Shown: positions 41,637 to 55,515 of the stretch, one piece after another
Numbering within the stretch: the stretch's first letter is position 1
How the letters are laid out: each line of letters begins with the position of its first letter
Assembly (NCBI GenBank): GCA_951406725.2
Contig: OX597814.1
Coordinates: 99,014,001 to 99,078,000 of the forward strand
DNA length: 64,000 bases
Source: Octopus vulgaris
Taxonomy: Eukaryota
Direction of reading: 5' to 3'
Program-made: the position numbers and the translations under genes
Notes under the pieces: generated by a model
Told to the model about the DNA's origin: nothing
The model's input: only the letters and a program-made list of their open reading frames with translations
Database searches by the model: none

Positions 41637-42818
41637 GTATATAGTGTATTTGTATTTACGGAGATAGAATGCTCTAAGTGAATTGCTTTTCTTATTGGTC
41701 TCTAATGCCATTAACTTGGCTTAAGTTTGAATTGATCAGAGGCCCAAGCAGGGAAACAACGACATCCAAGCGATGATATTCGAACTGAACACATGGAATA
41801 AGCTATAGAGACCTATACATCAGAGCTGTAATACTCAGCTCGTTTCCACCATTCTAGAACTGTGTGTGTGTGTGTGTGTACACTACAGTCGTAAAAACGT
41901 TTGTGTTTTTCTAGGTTTCTTAGGGAAACAATAGTTTTATTGTTAAGTGCGATAAATCTCTTTTGAGAAGGCGAGAAAGAAAAGTGCTACAAAGGGATAA
42001 ACAGTTAAAATAGACTAAATATAAATACACATCATGATAGGGCATCCGATTCTAAAATCATTTTTTTTTTCCTATTATCATTGTTTATCTTTTGACGTCG
42101 TTTGTTTATTTTGAAATTTAGTTTTTCTGGGTTTTTTTTTTAATTTATCATTTTACATTCTTAAGGCTAAAAGTAGTTTCTTTTACACGGGCTTGTTTTG
42201 CTTAAATGTTCAAACACACAAAATACATTAATACCGCTATAGCTAAGCATTCACAAATGAACAAAAGCAAGTATGTGTCTTAATATATATATATATATAT
42301 ATATATATGTAAGTATTTTTGTATGAATGTCGGTATGTATGTCTATATCAGTATATTTGTTTGTATGTGTGAGGACATGAATGTATGCTCATATATATAC
42401 GTATATCTACATAAGTTCGTATATATATGCATTTGTGTGTACGTCTATAAATATATATTACATACACGCATTATCTATCTATCTCTCTCTCCCTCTCTCC
42501 CCCTCTCTCTCTGTATATATATATATATATATGTACGAATGTCTACATACATAATGGGGGCATATATATGCATGCAAATATGTATGTGTGTGTGTAAAGA
42601 TATATATAAGTATATATACTAGCAGTATAGCCCGGCGTTGCCCAGGATTAAGTTAGGATTATTAAGCTAATAAAGCGCTTTGTTGCAAACCAAACTAAGT
42701 AACACCGACGTCAAATTTGAGCGAAATCTGTTGAAATTGGTAAACGTTTGGCTGAAAATAGGTTGCAGACAATTTGATTGGGAAATCCACGAGGAATCGT
42801 TTTATTAATTTTTCCACT

Positions 42819-43630
42819 CATCATCATCATTATCATCATCGTCATCGTGTAACATCCGTTTTCCATGCTAGCATGGGTTGGACGCTTCGATCTGGGTCAA
42901 GGGAACCAGGAGTGTGCACCAGGCTCCAGTCTGATGTAGCAGTGTTTCTACAGCTTGATGCCCTTCCTAACGCCAACCACTCCGTGAGTGTAATGGGTGC
43001 TTTTTACGTGCCACCGGCATGGAAACCAGTCTAGGCGGCACTGGCATCGGCCACGTTCGGATGGTGCTTTTTACGTCCCACTGGCACAGGTATCATAACT
43101 ACAATTTCCATCTGATTTTCATTTTGATGTTGAAGTACTTGACTCAATAGGTCTCCTCAAACACAGCAGATCGCCCTACGATCCAAGTTACTTTTGAATG
43201 GGCAGAGGATGGTTATGCGAAACCGGTGTAGGATACAGTCGTGAACTCACCTTATTTGTCGGGTCTTCGCAGTCACAGCATATCTCCAGAGGTCTCGGTC
43301 TTTCATCATTACCTCTGTGAGGCCCAACATCATGCTTGACCACCTCATCCCATGTCTTCCTGGGTTTACCTCTACTCCAGATTCCTTCAACTGTTTGGGA
43401 GTGGCACGTCTTCACACAGTTCTCCTCATCCATCCATAGTAGATGACCATACCAGCGCAAACGTCTCTCTTGCACGCCACAGCCGATTCTTCTTATGTCC
43501 AACATTTCTCTCTGGGCGCTTACACTCTGTCGTGTTTGCACACTGACATTACACATCCAGCGGATCATGCTAGATTCATTTCTTTCAAGCCTACGTATGT
43601 CTTCCGCAGTCATGGCCCATGTTTCACATC
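42819..43630 (-). mobile_element. RTE-clade LINE, 5'-truncated (ORF C-terminus, 3' UTR and (TGA)n tail)
   Basis: ORF 43188..43700: CETWAMT...RLERNE..MIRWMCNV...RRLRWYGHL...RGKPRKTW. Confidence 0.92.
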
Positions 43631-44837
43631 GTTCGTTTTTAATTTTGGAGAATTTAAAGCATTCAAAGATCCCATAAGTTCTAAGTAACGCTGGCATCAA
43701 GTTTGAACAAAATACGTCAAAAATGGTAAAAATTATGGTTGAAAATGGGGTGTAGCCAATTTTAGTGGGAAATCCTATAAGGAATCGGTTTATCGATTTT
43801 TCATCCTGATTGAATGGAAAACCCCATTAGGAATCGGTTTATTGATTTTCACCCCAAATAGGACTTAACCGAACACAACAAAAATCTATATTTATACGTT
43901 AAAGTTGGTTTTCATACCCAACCCAATTCTGCAGAATCATTGTCACGACGGGAACGCACGGGTTGGAAGTTTGACCAGCAAAGGTGAATAGGTTGCCCAT
44001 GCCGGCCTTTTCACAGACCAGTAGGGATAGTTTGCCAAATAACTGCAGTGGACGTTAATCAACAATTGAGACATACGCAACTGACTCAGGCTATTGTTTT
44101 GGCTGTTTGTCGACTCAGTGACCGATTCCTCGAAGTCATTTACTCACTTAGAAATTGATATCTGTTAACATTCCAAAGATTTCCTTTAATTTTCCAGTAA
44201 ATCCATATAGATTAGACTCTTGTGGAGAGGATGGGTAAATTGAAGTTCAAATTGTTTGGATCATCTGATGGAAGGTTTTATGAGATAGTTTTAGCAAAGA
44301 CCTGAAATGTAGCTGCCTCCAGATTGCCATAAAGTGATACAGAGATAAGATCCTTTTAGTATTTATCGTATCTGCCACCATGTATCAAGAAATATAAAAA
44401 TTACCTTGAGAGAATATTTTCTTTTCTCTATCCAGGTAACTACTTTCTTACTCAAATAGATGCTGATGCATGACAATGCCCCTAAACAAAGTACTCGTTT
44501 ATTCAAGCAGTTCATTTTTGAAAGAATAATATAAATAAATAAAAACTTAAGCTGCTATCGTAGCTAACTCAAACTTACGATCTCAAATCGATCAAAAAAC
44601 TCGGAGGAGATTGAACAAGACATAAATGTAAAGAAGCCACCGAATTTTAATAACATGAGCAGTGTCATTAAATATACCTGAAAACAGTTAATAATATTGA
44701 AGATGATGATGATGATGATGATAATAATAATAACAATAACTGCCCTGATGCAGTACCAGACAGTGGCCCTCGTGGCTTCTAATCTTAACTGATTGGAAGT
44801 GTTACCATGCACATTGTTTTGTCTTGGTATAAAAGAT

Positions 44838-45048
44838 GGGCTTAGGAACTATCCCTAAAAATTTGAACAGATGGACAGAGAAAAGCTCCAGAAAACAGTG
44901 TTATTAGGGGCAGTTAGGATTCTTAGGAGGGATCTTGGCATCTAAGGTTACTTGTAGCCCGATCGTAGGGAATTTTCTTTTCCAACAGTCTAATCTGTTA
45001 TGCGTATATGAACAACAACAACAACAACAACAACAATAATAATAATAA
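44838..45048 (+). mobile_element. R4/Dong-clade LINE 3' end
   Basis: LGTIPKNLNRW..(frameshift)..KLQKTVLLGAVRILRRDLGI*, then a short UTR and a (CAA/TAA)n tail. Confidence 0.72.
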
Positions 45049-45692
45049 AAGTAATCCCTATTTTTTACGATTTTCTGACTGCTGTGTCGCCATTTTTCGG
45101 TGTATTTCAACCAGAAAAATGTTCACTTAAAGAGAATAACAAGCTACACAATGAAAAAGTTTTACTTTTCAAAAATTCCAATTCTAAAGGGTCGAAAAGA
45201 AAACAAGCCCGTGCAACTTATAGCTGGGCTATACTGCTAGTATCTGTTAAGTGAAACTCAGATCATATAACGGATATCTAGATTCCTTTCTTCATGGAGC
45301 GTGATAATTTCATGAGGACATAAGAAGGTACGTTATAAACAATAGCATACATCGTAATACAACGACTACCTTTGTACGCATTTTATATAAGGTAAATTCG
45401 AAGCAATCCCAGAATTACCATAGATTCAGTACCTGTGTGAAGCCACTCCATTTCACTTATATTGCAGCCTTGTATCCTGAGCTTGGCGATCTTTGTGCCT
45501 ACATACTAGAACACATTGCTTTCCACATAGAACGTTTCAAGTAGCTTTAAATTAAATTAGGAGTCGTTATGAACTAGATGACTGGATTTCTTCTCCTGCA
45601 GGTGAAAGATAATTTTTATCATCAGCTTAATTTGCCTTTACGGTCTTGTGAAGTATATGCATACTTGTGTGAATACATCTATACACACATAC

Positions 45693-45749
<57 letters not shown>

Positions 45750-45894
45750 TGAATGAGTGTATGTGTGTGCCTGCGTCTGTGTGTCTGTGTCGTAGAGAAG
45801 CGTGCGCTCTGCTAACCTTAACATAGTCAAGATACGACAACGCTCCCATATTTGACCATAAAAATGGAGATATGAAAACTTTTAAAAAGTTTAG

Positions 45895-47050
45895 CAATTT
45901 CGGTTTGAGCATTAGTAATGATCAAGGAGAGCGTCTTGTTAAATTCTGTAAACCAAACAATTTTGTATTTCTAAAAATATGGTTTAACCAACACCACAGA
46001 CGAATTTACACTTAGAATTCTCGTGATAGTAAGATTCTTAACGAAAGAGAAGTTGAAGAGGAAAGAAAAAAATAGTTTCAAGAAATATCCATGTGCTGAC
46101 CATCAGCTTATTGCAAAGTTAAATTGCGTCTTAATAGCTATAACACAATTTTTTAAAAAACAACAAAATGAAAAACCCAAAAGCGATACGATCGTGTAAA
46201 CATTCCAAATGAATATAATGTTGAAATAAAAACAGATTTCAGTAACTTTGGCAAAGTAATAAACAAAGCCACCTAGAAGAGATGTGGAATCTAGCTAAAA
46301 ATGTGGTTTTGGAAATAGCAGAAAAAAATATTAACAAAGAAAAGACAAAAAAATGCTATCGAAGTAGAAAACAGACGAGACAGTAGATAAAATTGAAGAT
46401 AGATGAGCTGTACAAACCTGTGGTACGCCATCATCTGAATCTCGAGAACGATATCATCAGATGAGCCATGAAATTTAAACCATTATGAAAAAAGATAAGC
46501 ATTAAAACAACAAAAACATTTGTGATCAGATTGAAAAATTCAATAGCAAACACTATTAAATATATTTACAAAACAGTGAATCTATAACAAGAAAATTTGC
46601 ACCCAGAAATGATGCTATCAAAAACAAAATGGTTATATGTTTTATGAAGGGTAAGATATAAAAGAAAGAAGGAGAGGATATTGCTACATCTTATGCAAGA
46701 CAAAAAGCAGATGTTAATCAAAAGAAACTAATTATAATGATGGAAGTCAAAATTATGCTACATAAAGAGAAGCTAACTCCTATAATGTCTGAAGGAACAA
46801 AAAGTAGTTACGAAAAGTTGGAAAATGATCAAAAGTTGTGGTCTAAGTGATAAAAAGTCAGAACTTTAGAAAATGAAGAAGAAGCCATATTGATATTATT
46901 CAATTTGTGCACAAAAAGATGGAACTCAAATTTACGACAAAATGATTAGATTAAATAATTTTTCAGCTCTTATACAAAAACTGAGACATGGTATGATGTA
47001 CAAACAACAGAAAAATTGCACTAATAAACCATTTTAGTAAGATGTGAGCC
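45895..47050 (+). pseudogene. Heavily degraded RTE (BovB-like) LINE, from the endonuclease C-terminus to the RT start
   Basis: GLSISNDQGERLVKFC..NNFV...WFNQHHRRIYT; YPCADHQLIAKL; CTNNRKIALINHFSK. Many stops and frameshifts. Confidence 0.75.
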
Positions 47051-48518
47051 AAGGAACAAGTTGGAAAAGTATTGAGAGACGCTATTCATAACACTAAAAA
47101 TTATTATTAGCGATTGGGGAACACATCAAAATATGGTCGGTAAAATACATGTTACAGAGTTATTAAAATCACTTTGCTGTCAGGAAAATGGAAACAGGCA
47201 AAATTAATGCGGGCATCACAGAGTGATTTGAAAGAAGGTAGGAGACAATTCGCATATATCGTTTTTCCTTCAATATTTTGCATCGAAACCAAAACCGTAT
47301 TCAGCACAGCTCTTGAAAGTTTTGAGGATATAGTGTGGAATAAAGGTAACTATCCTTAATTATACCTTTGACACTTTCCTTATTCCCGGTTACTTATGTG
47401 TATATACATATACATATACGTATACATGCACGCAGTATAAAATGCCTACACGTATGTGTATGTGAATAATATATATTCACATACGAAAAACACTCTCAAC
47501 AAGATTAACAATTGTGTATATCTATCTCTCTGTCTGTTTGTGTATATGTGTGTGTTTGTACACACAACTATATATACTCGGACATATTAGGAATTATATT
47601 GTTATTACTTCTTGTATCTATTTGTATATTACAAGTAAATGCTACTTGTATATATATATATATATATATGTTTGTTGCTGCGTTTGTAGCAGTGTGCATA
47701 CGTGTTTATATGCTTTTGTATACCTACTCACAAATCCTTATATATGCATGCACATATTTGTATTCATACAATAAATTCTCCATGATCGTCCTATATACGT
47801 AAGAATATGAGATTTTACACAAATTGTTTTATATAATTGTATGTTCCAATTCACATATTGGCTTTGATATATGCAAATGCATGTGTAGATATATAACTTC
47901 TCCTTTCCAACATGTGACTAAGAAGAAAGCTACCGAGTTAACATGCCATATCTGGTGCCCGAATGTCAACTACATACCACAAATCATCAAGTGGAGCATC
48001 GTGGAAGGATCCACGCTATACGTGAATAGATTAAAGAGATGTAGGCTTTGTTCAACCAAATTGTATCCTTTTTTAAATCTTAGAATTCTGCTAACCTGCT
48101 ACATTCAAGATCTGAGAATTTTATTAAATGCATGCATCAATACAAATTTCTTTTATTGAACTGGAAAACACCAATCTCTCAGGATTTAATCCTGCAGTCT
48201 AACAAACTTTGACACTTGGGCCATTTAATTAATTTCCACCAACCATATAAATTCTGATTCCAACTGGTGGAAGGGACGCAACTCTTAATTTCCTTTCTTC
48301 TCATTCCACTTATACCTTTTATCTGCCTCTCATCTTTTTTCATTCTGCTTTTTTCTCAAAGACCAACGTCATTTATGGTCCTTAATTTTTTTTTTTTCAT
48401 CAGAGACCAGTCATGCTGTAAATTTGAATCTGAAATACTTTACAAGACACATTCACATGAACTCGCAAATGCATACACCTCGCAATAATATTTGTAAGTA
48501 CATATGCATGTATAGATA

Positions 48519-48630
<112 letters not shown>

Positions 48631-49024
48631 GATATATAAAGTCAAAATAGAAGCTGGTAAAATAATTTTATAAAAAGCATTTCAGTACCGGTTTTAGTCA
48701 TTGATACTTTTTCAACTGTAACAATTAAACAATTAAATTTAGAAAACTTAAAAGAAAAGTTTTTGTAAAAGAATATTTGTATAGTGTTGAAATACAAGTG
48801 TCATTTCCTTGTTTCTGCCTTTCTCTGGCTTTGAAACATAAGGCACATTATACAAATCTGTCAGATTATCGTGCTTTAAAGGCATGAAAGTAATAACATA
48901 GCACAAATTTAAATCCTGTGTATAGTAAATGATATTTATCACTCCTTAGATGGACTGCATTTGCTGATCCCATCAGTAGTGGAACAGTATATTGTGTGTA
49001 TGTGTGCGTGTATAGCTATCCATA

Positions 49025-49081
<57 letters not shown>

Positions 49082-49133
49082 GTCTGCCTGTCTGTCTGCC
49101 CGTCTGTCACGGTGTCTATCTATCTATCAATCA

Positions 49134-49203
<70 letters not shown>

Positions 49204-49204
49204 G

Positions 49205-49273
<69 letters not shown>

Positions 49274-49274
49274 G

Positions 49275-49305
<31 letters not shown>

Positions 49306-49910
49306 GTCTGTCTGTCTGTCCGTCTGTCTGTCTCTCTGTCTTGTGGTTTCGATGCTTGAGGAAGCCCGAGGGGTAGTGAAAATAGCTTTGCTTCTTTGTC
49401 GAGGTTTCTCACGTAACTTATAACCAATATTCCTTAAATTCCTAGCTGTCACAGTCTTGGAGGTCACACAATCGGGTCGTTTCTTCCTTGGCTAAAGGTC
49501 CTTCAGGAATCGTCCATCCGTATCCACATGACGACCTAACTTCTCTCCGCAATGACATGAAGAGAAGTGCCTTTAGCACTATCTTTGAAAATGATAAACC
49601 TTTCTTCATCGTTAGGCTTTTCCACGTCCAATTGATCTTAGAGAGGAGAGATGCTATTAGCTTGGTTCACCCCCAAAATTGAAGAATCTGAAATATAAAA
49701 GAAAAGACGTTATACAGAATAATGCAAACATCGCAATGTTGTTGCCATAGGGTGCAAACCAGCTGGGAAATGTGTTATGAAAATCGATTCCTAACCTATA
49801 AACATACACACCCACACACACACATACATACATAAATATACGTACCATGTAAGCATGCATGTATCTCTGTGACTGTGGATATGTATTACATGGGCATGTA
49901 TAAGTGCGTC

Positions 49911-49962
<52 letters not shown>

Positions 49963-50147
49963 TATAAAAGTTTTCGAAAAAAATTCTATCAATGGCCAGC
50001 ATATTAAAAAATACCTTTAAAGGTTAAATTTATAAACAACTTTAAACAAGAGCAAAAGAAAAAAAAATTTCTAATGCGAAATATTTGTCTACTTTGAGTA
50101 TATTTGGCCATAGAATTCTTTTCTTTTGCCCTTGTTTACAAGTTGTT

Positions 50148-50187
<40 letters not shown>

Positions 50188-50191
<4 letters not shown>

Positions 50192-50742
50192 TAGTTATCG
50201 CCATACTAATATGGCAGTCTTATAAATATAAGACAAAAGCTGTCGTTGATTAGCTCCATGAGGCCATCGCCTCAAGCTAGCTATTTGACACACAACCTGC
50301 GTCCATTATAAACCTTCGAACAGGGGAGGTCAGCCGCTTCATCCTGCCAGTCAGACAGCTGCAGACATGTTTCAGGGTATTTGCCCTTTATCAATGCAGC
50401 GTAGTCAGGCACAGCAGGTGTCGCTACTGACTGTCACTGTTCGAAGAATCTATTTACCTAGTTTCAGTGGAATACATCCACTTGTTTTCAATAATAGAAA
50501 TATTAAAATTACTAAGTCTCTCTAACGGAGATTACGGCAGCGTTACTGGAAATTAATAGTTATCGCCATACTAATATGGCAGTCTTATAAATATAAGACT
50601 AAAGCTGTCGCTGATTAGCTCCATGAGACCATCGCCTCTAGCTAGCTATTTGACACACAACCTGCGTCCATTATAAACCTTCGAACAGGGGAGGTCAGCC
50701 GCTACATCCTGCCAGTCAGACAGCTGCAGACATGTTTCAGGG
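50188..50742 (-). mobile_element. Partial tandem (365 bp period) hammerhead-bearing element, retrozyme or Penelope-terminus-like
   Basis: 50188-50377 is repeated at 50553-50742 with few substitutions. It starts in a (TA)n and has many hairpins. Confidence 0.85.
50358..50400 (-). ncRNA. Minimal type I hammerhead ribozyme, U3-A8 variant
   Basis: Minus strand: gctgca TTGATAA aggg-caaata-ccct GAAA catg TC tgcagc. 6 bp stem I, 4 bp stem II, palindromic stem III and a GUC site. Confidence 0.8.
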
Positions 50743-50747
50743 ACAGT

Positions 50748-51149
50748 CAGGAGTGGCTGTGTGGTAAGTAGCTTGCTAACCAACCACATGGTTGCGGGTT
50801 CAGTCCCACTGCGTAGCATCTTGGGCAAGTGTCTTCTGCTATAGCCCCGGGCCGACCAATGCCTTGTGAGTGGATTTGGCAGACGGAAACTGAAAGAAGC
50901 CTGTCGTATATATGTATATATATATGTATGTGTGTGTTTGTGTGTCTGTGTTTGTCCCCCTAGCATTGCTTGACAACCGATGCTGGTGTGTTTACGTCCC
51001 CGTCACTTAGCGGTTCGGCAAAAGAGACCGATAGAATAAGTACTGGGCTTACAAAGAATAAGTCCCGGGGTCGATTTGCTCGACTAAAGGCGGTGCTCCA
51101 GCATGGCCGCAGTCAAATGACTGAAACAAGTAAAAGAGAGTAAAAAGAG

Positions 51150-51150
<1 letters not shown>
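50748..51150 (+). mobile_element. Family-A SINE, full length and young
   Basis: Runs from caggagtggctgtgtggtaagtagcttgct..gggttcagtccc to aatgactgaaacaagtaaaagagag. Confidence 0.9.
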
Positions 51151-51195
<45 letters not shown>

Positions 51196-51899
51196 AAAAC
51201 TTGATTTCGAAACGTACGTCCGTAGATAACTTAAAATTGTATGATAGATTGCCGTCAATTCATTCCCTCTTACCTGTTTGTGTCTGCCTTCCAATTGCTG
51301 TTTTTACTGAGATCTCCCTTTTTAGTAGAAGAAATAGCTATAACTCTTTGACTGCTATTTCTAAATTCGGTATGTGGTAAGGCAATTCGTTGCCAAACCC
51401 TTTATTGCTTAGTATTACTATATATATATATATATATATACACTCATACACACCCACTCACACACACATATATACATACACACACGCATGCACACAATTA
51501 TATATACATCTACATGCATATATATATATTTATATATATTATATGCATATAATATATTAAATATATGTATTATATTGAATGTACGTATAATATATTACGT
51601 TCACGTATATACATCTTGAAACCAAGTTGAATACAATAGCGAAAATTAATAATCTATAATCGATAATCAAATAAGTTTCAAGAATCAATATTGAATCAAA
51701 TATAGCAAATATTTGAACAATGCTTCCTGTGAGAAATTTTCTTTAATTTAAATTCATTTTATCTGCTGTCGCTATCGTTTTCTGACAGTTCTGCCGATTT
51801 CGTTGGTGGATGATTTTGGGGGAGTTAGCGGTGATTTTTGGTGGTAGTGAATTTTGTATTGTTGTTCTTGTTCGTGGTTGTAATGGCTTCGGCTGTGCT

Positions 51900-52395
51900 G
51901 GGGGCTGTGGTAGTGGTGGCGGTTGTGGTTGTTGTAGTAGTGATGGTCATGTCACTAGTATTGATGGTAGTTGCGGTGGTAGATATAGTAGTGGTGGTGG
52001 TAGTGGTAGCGGTGATGGTTTTTGTGATTGCAGTGGTGATGGTCGTGTCACTGATATTGATGGTGGTTGTGGTGATGTTGGCGTGTGACAATAGTATTGA
52101 TGGTGGTGGTGGTTGCGGTGTTTGCTGTGGTGTTGATTGTGGTGGCGGTGGGGGCTGTGGTAGTGGCGGCAATGGTGGTGGTGATTGTGGTTGTTGCAGG
52201 GGTGATGGTCATGTCACTGGTAGTGATGGTAGTTGCGGTGGTGGAGATGGTAGTGGTGGTAGTGGTGGTGGTATTGGTAGCGGTGATGGTTGTTGTGATT
52301 GCAGTGGTGATGGTCGTGTCACTGATATTGATGGTGGTTGTGGTGATGTTGATGTGTGACACTAGTATTTGATGGTGGTGGTGGTGGTGGTTGAA
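51900..52395. repeat. Tandem duplication of a (GGT/GAT)-rich low-complexity block
   Basis: ggggctgtggtagtgg...gatggtcatgtcact...gtgattgcagtggtgatggtcgtgtcactgatattgatgg occurs from about 51900 and again from about 52150. Confidence 0.85.
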
Positions 52396-52816
52396 GTGGT
52401 GATGGTAGTTTCACTGGTACTGACTGTGGTGATAATTGTGTTGATAGTGGTGTCGGTTGTTGTAGTGTCGAACATGATATGGATGCCCATATTCAAAATG
52501 GCTGCTCTTAGTGGTAGTGAGTGAGGGCATGAATGTTATTGTTTCGGTTACTCTGTGATTGTGTGGCAAGGCAGCGAGGAAAGAAAGCCCCCTCTCATGC
52601 CGATTCCTCTTTTGTTTTGTTAGAATAATGCTGTAAAGAATAACATGACTACGTGCTATCACCATGCCACCAACAACGAATCCGCCATTTTGTGCTCAGA
52701 TACAAACAGGACAAAGGGAGGGTGATGTGTGAGAGGACGAATGATGAGGTGTTGGAAAATATGAGATTGCTGTTGTGCTTTTGTTGTTATTGCCTGCTTC
52801 TGTCCTGGTTACTGTT

Positions 52817-52849
<33 letters not shown>

Positions 52850-53073
52850 GCTGGTTTAAGTGATGTTGGCACTCTAAAAACAACTGGCAACGTTAGGCAA
52901 GGGCAGAGAGCAGGTTTAACCGAGTGAAAACAAACCTTAAAAGTGATATTTTCTTTGATTGGTACGGTTGTTTCTAAACTTTAATAATGGCCTCTGCTCT
53001 TCTGCCGGTTAGCCACTTGGCTAGTTAATGGCAACTGAATGTAATAGGATGAAAGCAAAGGGTAAAGACAATA

Positions 53074-53121
<48 letters not shown>

Positions 53122-53218
53122 CAGACAGGCAGACAGGCAGACAGACACACATATATTACAATATATGTATATATCAGTATGTATGTACATATATATATAT
53201 ATATATGTAGGGAAGTGC

Positions 53219-53263
<45 letters not shown>

Positions 53264-53297
53264 TGTGTACGTATGTGCATATATATATGGGTGTATG

Positions 53298-53330
<33 letters not shown>

Positions 53331-54053
53331 ATATATCTATATCTATATATATATATGTATATATATACACGTACACACACACACACACATACACACACAT
53401 ATCTCTTTTAATTTTTGCCAGTGGGGAACAGCAAGCAATATTAGTTTGAAAGTAGCTTTTTAACTTAAAATGGACAGCTGCCCAGTCTGTATTTTATATA
53501 TATATTTTTTAACTTATAATATTTATTTATTTCATTTTTATATTTTTGTTTGTTGCTGAAGCATTTATCAAAAGTTTCGAGGTTAAGTGAATTTAAGTAG
53601 AAGGTAGCAAAGCGTATACATCGTGCGTTTCAATTTTTCTGTCCCATAACCCTTAAATATAATATGTATAGAATCAAACTTATTTGTTTGCAATGGCGGG
53701 TGGCTTCTTTATCTTTTACTTTACTTTGCCCATTATAAGGTGCTCTAAATAAAATCTCCGCCTACATGTGGAAGCTAAACATCCATCTCCATGGAAACAG
53801 CATATTTACCCATTGACTTTTTCTAAAACCTTAGTTTGTTTTACAATACCTTTACTCTTGTAAAAAGTTTGTCTTCAAGGTAATTTGATCAGAGTAAACT
53901 GCGGTGCTTTTTCTTTCATTTTTTTCTTGCGCGCTATAAACATATTATCAATGAGTGAATGATGATTAGCTAAAATAACAAAAGTTCACGTTTATGGATC
54001 GAGTGAAAGTTCTTGTACCTCTTTAATCTCACAAATTGGTGACTCACGCTCAA

Positions 54054-54148
<95 letters not shown>

Positions 54149-54777
54149 ATATATATTGCCACCCATAGATATGGAGAAGCTGACACAATCATATGCATAT
54201 ACTTTAGAAGACACATTCACACAAACTCGCAAATACATACACTTAGCAATAATATTTGTAAGTACATATGCATGTATAAATACGTATATATGCATATGCA
54301 TACATATATATACCTATGTACATATATATGTGTGTGTATGACTGTGGGTGTGTTTGAGTGTGTGTATGTCTGTGTATGCATGCATAATCAGTCACAATCG
54401 TCTGTTTTAAATCAACGCCACTATTACTCAAAAAGTTCCAGGTCCGAAATCTCTCTGAGACTCAAACGGTGGTGATTAGAGAAACGACACCTAGAAGTTA
54501 GCAAGACAAATCCAAAAAAGAAGCTGCTATTACAAAAACTAAGTACTGAAGTCAATTCGTTCAAATTCTGCAGTCCAGTGAATGAAAAAAGTAAAGGATT
54601 AAAATGTAGATACATGCATGTATACATACATACAAACACAGACACACACACACACACACATATATATGTATATATACATATATATATGTACATATATATA
54701 CACATATATATATACATATATAAATGGATCTATATATTTATATCTATCTATCTATTTATCTATATATATATATATTT

Positions 54778-54944
54778 ATGGATCAAAACAGTTTGATTCA
54801 AATTCGCTGGTACTCCGTGTTTCAAGCGTGATGTGTTAGTTTTTAACCATTTCGAATTTTATTCAAATTCAAAATGGCTGAAGACTAGTATCACGCTTGA
54901 AATTAGGAGTACCAACGAATTTGAATCAAACTGTTTTGATCCAT
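54778..54944. repeat. 167 bp palindrome
   Basis: atggatcaaaacagtttgattcaaattcg...cgaatttgaatcaaactgttttgatccat, with the arms pairing almost to the centre. Confidence 0.9.
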
Positions 54945-55029
54945 GCAGGTAATTCTCAATAAATATGTTTAGTGTCCTTCTTTCGAATGTCCACTCATTC
55001 GAATACAGACATATATACATACATACATG

Positions 55030-55084
<55 letters not shown>

Positions 55085-55087
<3 letters not shown>

Positions 55088-55462
55088 TACCGTCAGAAAT
55101 TAATTAGCACCCTTGATTTGCTCTTCACTCAAGGTATGTGCTGTCACCTAGTGGCCATATCTCGAACTATTGCTTTGTTGCGAGTTCACTGTTGCGCAGA
55201 ACGATGATGTAACTTTGTTTGCAGAGCAGTTTGAGAGTCTACAGCCTTATGATGTTGACATAGCAGTGCAACAACTTGGAGTGCGGATGCAGACAAATCT
55301 TCCTTTGTTTAATAGATATAGGTAGCGCCTCGCAAGGACCGAAATCACACCATACTAAGTTTTCTCATCGCGTAAGACGTTTTGAACAGCTCATAAGGTT
55401 AATTGATTTAACCTATTTAATGTAGAAATTTGAGAAGTGCTAATTAATTTCTGACGCAAGTG
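55085..55462. mobile_element. Tc1-like MITE in (TA)n
   Basis: TIRs cactaccgtcagaaattaattagcac and gtgctaattaatttctgacgcaagtg, in a TA context. Confidence 0.82.

Positions 55463-55515
<53 letters not shown>

Larger units (their letters stand above)
42619..45240. mobile_element. Composite bounded by two outward-facing Helitron-like 3' ends
   Basis: tactagcagtatagcccggc (42617-42636) against gctgggctatactgctagta (45223-45242). Each end has CTAG next to a GC hairpin or its remnant. A possible plus-strand 5' end a|tctatatttata lies near 43885. Confidence 0.65.

Noticed and set aside
51810-52372. Gly/Cys-rich or Thr-rich ORFs (keratin-associated or mucin-like)
   Set aside because: Several frames on both strands are open because of trinucleotide low complexity, and there is no splice or domain evidence.
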